64,000 bases of DNA from Burkholderiales bacterium (GTDB lineage Bacteria; Pseudomonadota; Gammaproteobacteria; Burkholderiales; SG8-39). Below are positions 45,311 to 53,896 of this stretch, in pieces. The position numbers were made by a program, and so were the translations under genes. The stretch lies in NCBI GenBank assembly GCA_033582675.1, contig JAVQZY010000019.1, positions 68,139 through 132,138 of the forward strand. Direction: 5' to 3'. The first letter of the stretch is position 1, and the number at the start of each line of letters is the position of its first letter. Below the pieces are notes generated by a model. It was not told the DNA's origin and did no database searches. It worked only from the letters and a program-made list of their open reading frames with translations.

Positions 45311-46303
45311 TCAGTCGCCGGGGGGCCGCCTGAGGTGCGCGAGGCGATCGATCGAGCGCACGCGCAGTTCGCGCTCTTCGCCCGACTGCAGCACGCGAAG
45401 CGGCACCTCGACGCCCGCCGCCCCGAGCGCCCACACGCGCCGGTAGAACTCGGCGAGCGAGCCGACCTTCGCCGGGCCGACGCCGAGCACGACGTCGCCC
45501 GCGCGCACGCCTGCGCGCTCGGCCGGGCTTTCAGGCGAGACGCGCGTCACGACGAGGCGTCCGCGCAATTCCTCGGTGTTCATGCCGAGCCAGGGCCGCG
45601 CCGGGCCCCGCGCGCGCCCCTCGGCGATCAGCTCGTCGAGGATGGGGACGAGCAGATCGATCGGCACAAAGAGATTGCCGGGCGCGGGAACGCCGATGCC
45701 GGCGGCGTCCGCCACGATCAGCGAACCGATGCCGAGCAGCTCGCCGCGCGGCCCGAGCAGCGCCGCGCCCGACCAGTTCGGCACCGCCGGATAGGTCCAG
45801 ATCGCCGAATCGAGCAGATATTCCCAGCTTCCCGAAAACGGCCGGCGCGACACCACGCGCACGAAGCTCACCGCTGCGGGGCCCCCGTAGCCGGCAACGA
45901 CCAGCGGGTCGTTTTCGGCGACGCTCGTCGAGTCGCCGAAAGCGAGCGGCCGCGCGCCGATCGGCGCTGCGAGCCGCAGCAGCCCGAAGCCGCTCGCGTG
46001 GTCGTAGCCGACGACCTTCGCGGGCACCGTGCGCCCGTCGGCGCCGGTCACCTCCACCGACTCGGCTTCGAGCACGAGATAGCCGATCGTCGCGACGTAA
46101 CCGTCGCGCACGAGCACCCCCGAGCCCTCGCGCAGCGGCCCGAGCGTCGCGAGGGTTCGCGCATCCGAAAGGATCTTCGCCCGAACGCGCACGATCGCAG
46201 AAAGCGTCTCGGCGGCGCCGGCGTCCTTCAGCTGCGCCTGAGCGACGTTGCCGGCGAGGGCGGCGACGAGGATCGTTGCGACGAGGACAAGGCGTGCGAT
46301 CAT
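45311..46303 (-). CDS. Trypsin-fold (S1C/HtrA-like) domain plus PDZ protein with a degenerate catalytic triad
   Basis: ORF 45311..46375; the likely start is MIARLVLVATILVAALAG at 46303. GSGVLVRDGYVATIGYLV sits where HtrA has TNNHVV, ASGFGLLRL where HtrA has SDIALI, and PNWSGAALL where HtrA has GNSGGAL. The PDZ-like C-terminus reads LVVTRVSPESPAERAGVRAGDVVLGV. Confidence 0.7.
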   Translation of the reverse strand: MIARLVLVATILVAALAGNVAQAQLKDAGAAETLSAIVRVRAKILSDARTLATLGPLREGSGVLVRDGYVATIGYLVLEAESVEVTGADGRTVPAKVVGYDHASGFGLLRLAAPIGARPLAFGDSTSVAENDPLVVAGYGGPAAVSFVRVVSRRPFSGSWEYLLDSAIWTYPAVPNWSGAALLGPRGELLGIGSLIVADAAGIGVPAPGNLFVPIDLLVPILDELIAEGRARGPARPWLGMNTEELRGRLVVTRVSPESPAERAGVRAGDVVLGVGPAKVGSLAEFYRRVWALGAAGVEVPLRVLQSGEERELRVRSIDRLAHLRRPPGD

Positions 46304-47177
46304 GGCGCGCTCCGAGCGATCTTCGAGCGCTATTGTGAAACTGCTTTCGTGGAACATCCAGTGGTGCCGCGGCATGGACGGGCGGGTCGATCCGGGACGG
46401 ATCGCGCACGAAGCCCGGCGGATCGCCGATCCCGACGTGATCTGCCTGCAGGAAGTCGCGCAAGGCTTCGCCGACCTCGCCGGTTCCTCGGGCGAGGATC
46501 AGCCGGCGCTCCTTGCGCGGGAGTTCGAAGGCTACGAGGCGCACTACGCCTTTGCGGTGGACCTGCCCGGCTCGCCGGCGCGCGCGCGCTTCGGCAACCT
46601 GATCCTCTCGCGGCTGCCGGTCCGGCAGGTGTTTCGCCATTCGCTTCCCTGGCCTGCGGATCCCGGGGTGGCGAGCATGCCGCGCGTCGCGCTCGAAGCC
46701 GTGATCGAGACCTCCTTCGGCCCGGTGCGCGTGCTCACCGTGCACCTCGAGTACTACTCGGCGCGCCAGCGCGCGGCGCAGGTCGAGCGCCTGCGCGAGT
46801 TGCACGAAGAAGCCTGCGCGCACGCGCGCGCCGAGCCGCCCGCATCGGCCGCCGGCCCGTTCCGCCCTCTGCCGCGGCCGCGCTCGGCGATCGTCTGTGG
46901 CGACTTCAATTTCGCCCCCGACGATCCGCTTCATGCGCGCCTTCAGGCGCCGTTCACAAGCGACACGCCGCGGCTGCTCGACGCCTGGCCGCTTGCGAAC
47001 CCGGGTGCGCCGCATTCCCCGACTTTCCGCCTGTACGATCGGGAGTACCGCGGCGCGCCCTATTGTTGCGATTTCGTCTTCGTCACCGAGGACCTCGCGC
47101 CGCGGATTGCGTCTGCGCGCGTGTACGCCGACACGCAGGCCTCGGACCATCAGCCGGTTGCGGTGAACTTCGCCTAG
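46302..47177 (+). CDS. Endonuclease/exonuclease/phosphatase (EEP) family protein
   Basis: ORF 46248..47177. The text reads VKLLSWNIQWCRG ... DVICLQEV ... VCGDFNFAPDD ... SDHQPVAVNF. The start is ambiguous: ATG 46302 or GTG 46335, the latter directly before KLLSWNIQ. Confidence 0.8.
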   Translation: MARSERSSSAIVKLLSWNIQWCRGMDGRVDPGRIAHEARRIADPDVICLQEVAQGFADLAGSSGEDQPALLAREFEGYEAHYAFAVDLPGSPARARFGNLILSRLPVRQVFRHSLPWPADPGVASMPRVALEAVIETSFGPVRVLTVHLEYYSARQRAAQVERLRELHEEACAHARAEPPASAAGPFRPLPRPRSAIVCGDFNFAPDDPLHARLQAPFTSDTPRLLDAWPLANPGAPHSPTFRLYDREYRGAPYCCDFVFVTEDLAPRIASARVYADTQASDHQPVAVNFA

Positions 47178-47701
47178 GTTCGCTTCGGCGTCTCGATCCT
47201 CGCGCGCAGCGCTTCGACCCGCCGGCGGTTTGCCCCGAGATCGCTCCAGCCGACGCGCGAGGCCGAGCGCACGTGGATAACGCGCGCGCCGGCGTCGAAC
47301 GCGAATTCCACGTCGTCCACGAAGCGCAGCACGCGCGTGCGGAACTCGGCGTGAAGGTAATCCGCCTCCTCGCGCACGATCGTCGCGCCCGGCGTCGCCT
47401 CGATCGCCGCGCGAACCGCCGCCATCGCCGCCGCGGGCTCGCCGTCGAAGGCGATCGGCGCGACGTAGTGCACCGAATCCGAGGGGTCCGCCTGGCTGGA
47501 AACGCAATTGGGCGAAGAAGGGCACGGCGCGAGCTTTCCGGCCCGCAGGCCGAGATGCTCCGGGCGTTTTCCGAAGAACACGACGTGCTCCGCCGCGTGT
47601 GCCGCCTCGATCGCATGCCCCGCGCCCGCGAGCAACGCCGCAACGGTCGCCGCCGCCGCGCCCCTCAGCACGCGCGGCCCGATGCTAACATCGCCGCGCA
47701 A
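47174..47701 (-). CDS. DUF1499 family protein
   Basis: 175-aa ORF. LAPCPSSPNCVSSQ and the later F.DDVEF....R.IHVRSASRVG.SDLG.NR.R pattern are typical of DUF1499. The start is uncertain: TTG 47701 or an in-frame GTG about 30 nt downstream. Confidence 0.75.
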   Translation of the reverse strand: MRGDVSIGPRVLRGAAAATVAALLAGAGHAIEAAHAAEHVVFFGKRPEHLGLRAGKLAPCPSSPNCVSSQADPSDSVHYVAPIAFDGEPAAAMAAVRAAIEATPGATIVREEADYLHAEFRTRVLRFVDDVEFAFDAGARVIHVRSASRVGWSDLGANRRRVEALRARIETPKRT

Positions 47702-47715
47702 AGGAGGATCCTGCG

Positions 47716-47988
47716 ATGGCAGAGCTCTCGACCCAGCAGCTTGCCGAACTGCTCATCGGCATCGCGCGCGCCCAGACCGCGGTCATCCAGGGCATCGAGA
47801 GCGCCATGCCCGGCACGCGGATGCAGCACATCCTGCCGCAGATCCAGAACGCGGCGCACCTGCGCGATCATCCCGATCCCACGCTCGCCGACCTGCCCTC
47901 GCGCGTCCTGCTCGCCGCACAGAGCCGCACCCCGCCCGATCCGGCGGCCGTCGCCCGCGAGCTCGAGCGCCTGCTCGGCGCGCGCTAG
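47716..47988 (+). CDS. Hypothetical 90-aa protein
   Basis: AGGAGG lies 8 nt upstream of ATG 47716. The composition is balanced ([57 protein letters not shown]...). I recognise no family. Confidence 0.6.
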   Translation: MAELSTQQLAELLIGIARAQTAVIQGIESAMPGTRMQHILPQIQNAAHLRDHPDPTLADLPSRVLLAAQSRTPPDPAAVARELERLLGAR

Positions 47989-48797
47989 AACCCCTCCGGC
48001 GGCGGCGGGAACGAGGGCCTTCGCTTTTCTCGGTGCGAGGCGAGCCCTTCGCGCGCCTCGGGCCCGGTAAAGCCGAGGATTTCCAGCGCGAGCGACGCAT
48101 CGAACGCGGGCCCGGCGAGGCGCAGCCAGTTGTTGAGGCTGTACTTCGTCCAGCGAAGCGCCGTCTGCGCGCCGGCGGCGAGCTTGCGCGCGACTTCGAG
48201 CGCCTTTGCTTCCAGCTCCGCCTCCTCGCAGGCGAGCGACACGAGACCGATGCGCTCGGCTTCCGCTCCGGAGATCTCCTCGCAAAGGAGCAGGTAGTAC
48301 TTCGCCTTGGCCATCCCGCAAAGGAGCGGCCAGACGATCGCGGCATGATCGCCGGCGGCGACGCCGAGCCGGGTGTGGCCGTCGATGATCCTCGCGTTCT
48401 TCGCCGCGATCGAGACGTCGGCGAGCAGCCCAGCGACGAGCCCCGCCCCGACCGCCGGCCCATGCATCGCCGAAACGACGAGTTTGGAGCAGTTGACGAG
48501 GTTGTAGACGAGGTCGCGCGCCTCGCGCCAGGTGCGCGCGCGCGCGGCGAAATCGCGCTGGATCTCCTCGATCATCGCGAAATCGCCTCCGCCCGAAAAA
48601 CCGCGCGCCGAGCCCTTCAGGATCGCCACACGCGCCTCGGGGTCGCGGTCGAGGTCGAGCCAGATCTCGGCGAGTTCCCAGTGCATGCGCGCGGTCGCCG
48701 TCGGAATCCGCCCTTCGGGCGCGCGCATGCGGATCTCGAGGATTCCCGGCTCGAGCGGCCGGACGTCCAGTTCGCGGTACTTGGCGGCGTAGTCCAT
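47985..48797 (-). CDS. Enoyl-CoA hydratase/isomerase family protein
   Basis: Intact 270-aa ORF with [15 protein letters not shown] and [23 protein letters not shown]. Confidence 0.82.
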   Translation of the reverse strand: MDYAAKYRELDVRPLEPGILEIRMRAPEGRIPTATARMHWELAEIWLDLDRDPEARVAILKGSARGFSGGGDFAMIEEIQRDFAARARTWREARDLVYNLVNCSKLVVSAMHGPAVGAGLVAGLLADVSIAAKNARIIDGHTRLGVAAGDHAAIVWPLLCGMAKAKYYLLLCEEISGAEAERIGLVSLACEEAELEAKALEVARKLAAGAQTALRWTKYSLNNWLRLAGPAFDASLALEILGFTGPEAREGLASHREKRRPSFPPPPEGF

Positions 48798-48845
48798 CGG
48801 CGCATTCTACAATCGGCGCATGCGCCGAGAGCGCCCGCCCGCGCC

Positions 48846-49835
48846 GTGGACGTGACGGTCGGCTACGACGACATCGCGCGCGCGCACGCGCGGCTCGCGG
48901 GCGTTGCGCGCCGCACGCCGGTGCTCTGCTCGGCGACGGTGGATGCGATCACCGGCGCGCGCGTGTTCTTCAAGTGCGAGAACTTCCAGCGCATGGGCGC
49001 GTTCAAGTTCCGCGGCGCCTGGAACGCGCTCGCGCAGCTCTCCGACGAGGCGAAGCGCCGCGGCGTGATCGCCTATTCCTCGGGCAACCACGCGCAGGCG
49101 GTCGCGCTCGCGGCAAAGCTCCTCGGCGTGCCCGCCACGATCGTGATGCCGGCGGACGCGCCGCGGGTGAAACTCGAGGCGACCCGCGGCTACGGCGCAA
49201 GCATCGTCACCTACGCGCGGGGCGAGTCGCGCGAGGAGATCGCAAAGCGCCTCGCCGCCGAGCGGGGCCTCACCCTCGTTCCGCCTTTCGACCATCCGCA
49301 CATCGTCGCAGGTCAAGGCACCGCGGCGAAAGAGCTGATCGAGGACGCCGGGCCGCTCGATCTTCTTCTCGTTCCCTGCGGGGGCGGCGGGCTCCTCTCC
49401 GGCTGCGCGGTCGCGGCGCGGCACCTCTGCCCTTCGATCCGCGTGATCGGCGTCGAGCCTGCCGCAGGCGACGATGGCGCGCGCTCGTTTCGCGCGAAGA
49501 CGCTCGTGCGGGTCGAGGATCCGCAGACGATCGCGGACGGCGCGCGCACGCCTTCGCTCGGCGAACTCACGTTCCGGCTGATCCTCGCGCACGTCGCAGA
49601 CATCGTGACGGTCGCCGATGCGCCGCTCCTTCGCTGGATGTTCTTCCTCTGGGAGCGCATGAAGATCGTCGTCGAGCCGACCGGGGCGCTCGCCGCGGCG
49701 GCGCTCCTCGAGGGCACCGTGCCCGCGCGCGGGCTGCGCGTCGGCGTCATCGTCTCCGGCGGTAACGTCGACCTCGCCTGGGCCGCCGAGCGGCTGATCG
49801 AGGCGCGCCGCGCCGAAGGCGGCAAAGAACGCTGA
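48846..49835 (+). CDS. PLP-dependent threonine/serine dehydratase family protein (serine racemase / threo-3-hydroxyaspartate ammonia-lyase-like)
   Basis: GTG 48846 inside ORF 47508..49835 gives 329 aa. The PLP Lys context is KCENFQRMGAFKFRGAWN; other motifs are SSGNHAQAVALAA and VPCGGGGLLSG. Confidence 0.82.
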   Translation: MDVTVGYDDIARAHARLAGVARRTPVLCSATVDAITGARVFFKCENFQRMGAFKFRGAWNALAQLSDEAKRRGVIAYSSGNHAQAVALAAKLLGVPATIVMPADAPRVKLEATRGYGASIVTYARGESREEIAKRLAAERGLTLVPPFDHPHIVAGQGTAAKELIEDAGPLDLLLVPCGGGGLLSGCAVAARHLCPSIRVIGVEPAAGDDGARSFRAKTLVRVEDPQTIADGARTPSLGELTFRLILAHVADIVTVADAPLLRWMFFLWERMKIVVEPTGALAAAALLEGTVPARGLRVGVIVSGGNVDLAWAAERLIEARRAEGGKER

Positions 49836-49915
49836 CCGCGGGGGCCGCCGCCGGGCACCGCGCGAGCGCGCGGCGCTTTGCTATGATGCGCGCCCCTTCG
49901 TTCGCGAGGACGCGG

Positions 49916-50893
49916 ATGCGCGCTGTCGAAATCACGAAACCGGGCGGCCCCGAAGCGCTCGCGCTCGTCGAGCGGCCGATGCCCGAGCCGAAAGAAAACG
50001 AGATCCTCGTCAAGGTCGCTGCGGCGGGCGTCAACCGTCCCGACGTCCTGCAACGCATGGGCCGCTATCCGGTGCCGGCGGGCGCCTCCGACCTGCCGGG
50101 CCTCGAGATCGCGGGCGACGTCGTCGCCTGCGGCGCGCGCGTCACGATGTGGAAGCCGGGCGACCGCGTCTGCGCGCTCGCGAACGGCGGCGGCTACGCC
50201 GAATACTGCGCGGTGCCCGAAGTGCAGGCGCTGCCGGTACCGAAGGGCCTCTCGCTCGTCGAAGCGGCCTCGCTTCCGGAGACCTTCTTCACCGTCTGGT
50301 CGAACGTCTACGAGCGCGCGGCGCTCAAACCCGGCGAGTCGCTGCTCGTCCAAGGCGGCTCCTCCGGCATCGGCGTCGCCGCGATCCAGATGGCGGCGGC
50401 GCTCGGCAACCGCGTCTTCGCGACCGCCGGCTCCGACGAGAAATGCGCTGCGTGCGTGCGGCTCGGTGCCGAGCGCTGCTTCAACTACCGGACGCAGGAT
50501 TTCGCCGCCGAGGTGAAGGCGGCGACCGGCGGCCGCGGCGTCGATGTGATCCTCGACATGGTGGGCGGCGACTACGTGCCGCGGGAGCTGAAGTGCCTCG
50601 CCGACGACGGGCGGCTCGTCTTCATCGCGTTCCTGCGCGGCCCGAAGGCGGAACTGGACATCAACGAACTCATGCGCCGGCGCCTGACGATCACCGGCTC
50701 GACGCTCAGGCCCCGTCCGACCGAGGTAAAGGGCGCGATCGCGCGCGCGCTGCGCGAGAAAATCTGGCCGCTCATCGAAGCGGGCCGGATCCGCCCGGTG
50801 ATCTACCGGACGTTCCCGCTCGCCGAGGCGGCCGAAGCGCACCGCCTGATGGAATCCTCGCAGCACATCGGCAAGATCGTCCTCACCGTCTAG
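49916..50893 (+). CDS. NAD(P)H:quinone oxidoreductase (zeta-crystallin / PIG3 family MDR)
   Basis: MRAVEITKPGGPEALALVERPMPEPKENEILVKVAAAGVNRPDV ... LVQGGSSGIGVAAIQMA ... SQHIGKIVLTV. An alternative upstream ATG lies at 49883. Confidence 0.85.
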   Translation: MRAVEITKPGGPEALALVERPMPEPKENEILVKVAAAGVNRPDVLQRMGRYPVPAGASDLPGLEIAGDVVACGARVTMWKPGDRVCALANGGGYAEYCAVPEVQALPVPKGLSLVEAASLPETFFTVWSNVYERAALKPGESLLVQGGSSGIGVAAIQMAAALGNRVFATAGSDEKCAACVRLGAERCFNYRTQDFAAEVKAATGGRGVDVILDMVGGDYVPRELKCLADDGRLVFIAFLRGPKAELDINELMRRRLTITGSTLRPRPTEVKGAIARALREKIWPLIEAGRIRPVIYRTFPLAEAAEAHRLMESSQHIGKIVLTV

Positions 50894-51198
50894 CGCCGCG
50901 GCGCGACTTGCGCGCGGCGCTTGCGCCGGATCCGGTCCCGAGCCGCCGCGCTCGAGCCGTCCCCGCATGAGGCTTTTTCATGCGTCGCGTGAGAAATTTC
51001 CGTTTGCGGACGGCGCCGCGCGGCCACAATATGCATGCCGGACGCGGCGGCGAAAAACGCCTTGTGCGGCTCGCCGAAGCGGCGAAGGCCGCGCTCCGTC
51101 GAAAGGTTTTTACGCGAACGACCGCTCGAGGTCGTCGCGACGGCCGCGAGCGCATCCTGCGCAGGCGGCCGACCGGTTCCGCGCGGCGGGGGCGGTGA

Positions 51199-51224
51199 CC
51201 CTCCTCCCTCCCTCCTCCTCCTCC
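51199..51224. repeat. 26-nt pure polypyrimidine (C/T) tract
   Basis: The sequence is ccctcctccctccctcctcctcctcc, whose complement is GGAGGAGGAGGAGGGAGGGAGGAGGG. It lies inside the 418-bp non-coding gap 50894-51311. Confidence 0.9.
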
Positions 51225-51311
51225 AGCCGTCCCCGTCGCGCGGCGTTCGATTCTCGGTCGTCCGCGCGCGGCGCTTAGAATAGGCCGCATCAGCGGAGTC
51301 CTCGAATCCCC

Positions 51312-52208
51312 ATGTTCCGAGACGGCCTTCTTGCGGGCAAGCGCATCCTCGTCACCGGCGGCGGGACCGGGCTCGGAAGGGAGATCGCCGCGAAATACCT
51401 CGAGCTCGGCGCAGACCTCTGGATCTGCGGTCGCCGCGCGGGCGTGCTCGAACAGACCGCGCGCGAACTTGTGGCGGCGCACGGCGGTCGCGTGCGTACG
51501 CACGCGGTCGATATCCGCGACGCGCAGGCGGTGGAGGCGATGATCCAGCGCATCTGGGACGAGGACGGCCCGCTCACCGGCCTCGTCAACAACGCGGCCG
51601 GCAACTTCATCTGCCCGACGAAGGATCTCAGCGCGAACGGCTTCAACGCGATCGCGAACATCGTCTTTCACGGCACGTTCTACGTCACGCACGCGGTCGG
51701 TCGGCGCTGGATCGCCGGCGGCCACAAGGGAAGCGTCATCTCGATCCTGGTGACCTGGGTCTGGACGGGCTCGCCCTACGTCGTGCCCTCGGCGATGTCG
51801 AAGGCGGGCATCCACGTCATGACGAAGTCGCTCGCGGTCGAGTGGGGCAAATACGGCATCCGGCTGAATGCGATCGCGCCGGGCCCCTTTCCGACCGAGG
51901 GTGCGACGAAGCGCCTGCGCCCCGAGGGCAGCTTCGAGGACGCGGCGGCGACGAATCCGATGCGCCGCGTCGGGAGAATGGAAGAGCTGCAGAACCTCGC
52001 GGTGTTCCTGATGGCCGACGGCTGCGAGTGGCTGACCGGCGAGACGATCGCGATCGACGGCGCCGGCTATCTCGCGAACGGCGCTTCGTTCACCGAGCTC
52101 GACCGCCTGACCGACGCCGACTGGGAACGCATGCGCGCGCTCATCAAGGCGCAGAACGACAAGGACCGCGCCGGACGCGTCGCCGGGGCCCCGCGCGGGG
52201 ACGCGTGA
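51312..52208 (+). CDS. Short-chain dehydrogenase/reductase, 2,4-dienoyl-CoA reductase-like
   Basis: Intact 298-aa ORF with ILVTGGGTGLGREIA, NNAAGNF and SAMSKAGIHVMTKSLAVEWGKYGIRLNAIAPGPF. Confidence 0.85.
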   Translation: MFRDGLLAGKRILVTGGGTGLGREIAAKYLELGADLWICGRRAGVLEQTARELVAAHGGRVRTHAVDIRDAQAVEAMIQRIWDEDGPLTGLVNNAAGNFICPTKDLSANGFNAIANIVFHGTFYVTHAVGRRWIAGGHKGSVISILVTWVWTGSPYVVPSAMSKAGIHVMTKSLAVEWGKYGIRLNAIAPGPFPTEGATKRLRPEGSFEDAAATNPMRRVGRMEELQNLAVFLMADGCEWLTGETIAIDGAGYLANGASFTELDRLTDADWERMRALIKAQNDKDRAGRVAGAPRGDA

Positions 52209-52244
52209 GCGGCGCGCGAATCGAGCCCCGCCCGGCCGCCACCA

Positions 52245-53886
52245 GTGATCCTCGTGCGCGACGGCGCGCACGGGCCGGAGGTGCTGCTGCTGCAGCGCTC
52301 GCAGGGCTCGGCGTTCCTTCCCGGCGCGTACGTCTTCCCCGGCGGCGCGCTCGATGCCGCCGACCGCGACCCGCGCGCCGCGCGCCGCGTCGCCGGGCTC
52401 ACCGATGCCGAGGCGAGCGCAAAGCTCGGGCTTTCGTCCGGGGGCCTCGCGTTCTGGATCGCCGCCGCGCGCGAGTGTTTCGAGGAAGCCGGAATTCTCC
52501 TCGCGGTGGACGGCGCCGGCCGGCCGGTCGCGCCCGAGCGGGTCGCGCGGCTTGCGCACCTGCGCGAGTCGATGAACGCTGGGCGTCTCGCGTTCGCCGA
52601 ACTGCTCGAGGCCGAAGACCTCTACGTCCCGGGCGCGGCGCTCGTCTATTTCGCTCACTGGATCACCGCCGCCGGACGGCCGCGTCGCTTCGACACCCGC
52701 TTCTTTCTCGCGCTCGCGCCGGAGGGCCAGCAGGGCGCGCACGACGCCTCGGAGACGGTGCGCAGCGTCTGGATCGCGCGCGCGCGAAGCGCTCGCGCGC
52801 TACGAGCGCGAGGAGATCGAGATCATCTTCCCGACGCGCGCCTCCCTCGCCGACCTCGCCCGCTTCGGCTCGGCCGCGGACGCGCTCGCGCACGCCCGCG
52901 CGCTCGGCGAGATCGAGGTGGACGCCGCCGTCTGGGCGGTCGATCACGAGGGCTCGGCGCGGCTCTTTCGCCGCACCGATCCGCCTTACTACGAAATTCA
53001 CTGGAGCGACCCGGACGAGACCGGCAAGACCTGCTTCGTCATCCAGCCGGGCGTGCCCAAGCGGCTCGACGAGCGCGTGACGCGGCTCACCGCGCCGAAC
53101 CCCGGCGTCATGACCGGACCGGGCACGAACACGTATCTCGTCGGAACCGACGAGATCGCGGTGATCGACCCCGGACCGGCGATCGAGGACCACGTGCGCC
53201 GCATCGCGGAACTCGGCGCAGGCCGCATCCGCTGGATCCTCGTCACGCACACCCACGTCGATCATTCGCCCGCCGCCCGACAGCTGAAGGCGCTCACCGG
53301 CGCCCAGGTGCTCGGCCGCCCGCGTCCGCGGCACGGCCACCAGGACCCGGACTTCGTCCCCGACCGCGTGCTCGAGCACGGCGAGCGGATCGCGCTCGCC
53401 GGCGCGACGCTGCGCGCGATCCACACGCCCGGGCACGCGTCGAACCACCTGTGCTACATGCTGGAAGAGACGCGCATGCTCTTTACCGGCGATCACGTGA
53501 TGCAGGGCTCGACCGTCGTCATCGACCCGCCCGATGGCGACATGCGCGCCTACCTCGAATCGCTCGAGGCGCTCGCGCGCGAAGGCGCGGCGATCCTCGC
53601 GCCGGGACACGGCTACCTCATCGGCAACCCGGTGAAGGAAATCCGGCGCCTCGTCGCGCATCGCCTCGCGCGCGAAAAAAAGGTTGTGGATGCGATCGCG
53701 CGGCTCGGCGCACCGAGCGCCGAAGAGCTGCTGCCCGCGGTCTACGACGACGTGCATCCGCGAATTCACCCGGTCGCGGCGCGTTCGCTCGCGGCGCACC
53801 TCGAGAAGCTCGTCGCCGAGGGCGCGGTGCGCGCCTCGGACGGCCGCTATTCGCTGGTCCGGTCGCGCGGGACCTCGAGAACCTGA
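52245..53886 (+). CDS. Nudix hydrolase domain fused to a metallo-beta-lactamase-fold domain; frameshift near 52787 as read
   Basis: The Nudix part reads VILVRDGAHGPEVLLLQRS...FPGGALD...AAARECFEEAGILLA (ORF 52245..). After ..ETVRSVWIA the sensible text continues in the frame of ORF 52918..53886 as REALARYEREEIEIIFPT..., then the MBL motif ILVTHTHVDHSPAA and HTPGHASNHLCY. The start may instead be GTG 52205 (GTGA overlap with the SDR stop), which would need one more frame change near 52243. Confidence 0.75.
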
Positions 53887-53896
53887 GGCAGCCCGC

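Noticed and set aside
50967-51278. ORFs inside the 418-bp gap (50967..51278, 50980..51198 and 51035..51283)
   Set aside because: The translations are Arg/Ala/Ser-rich with no start context or recognisable features, and they overlap one another in different frames. The gap is treated as non-coding.
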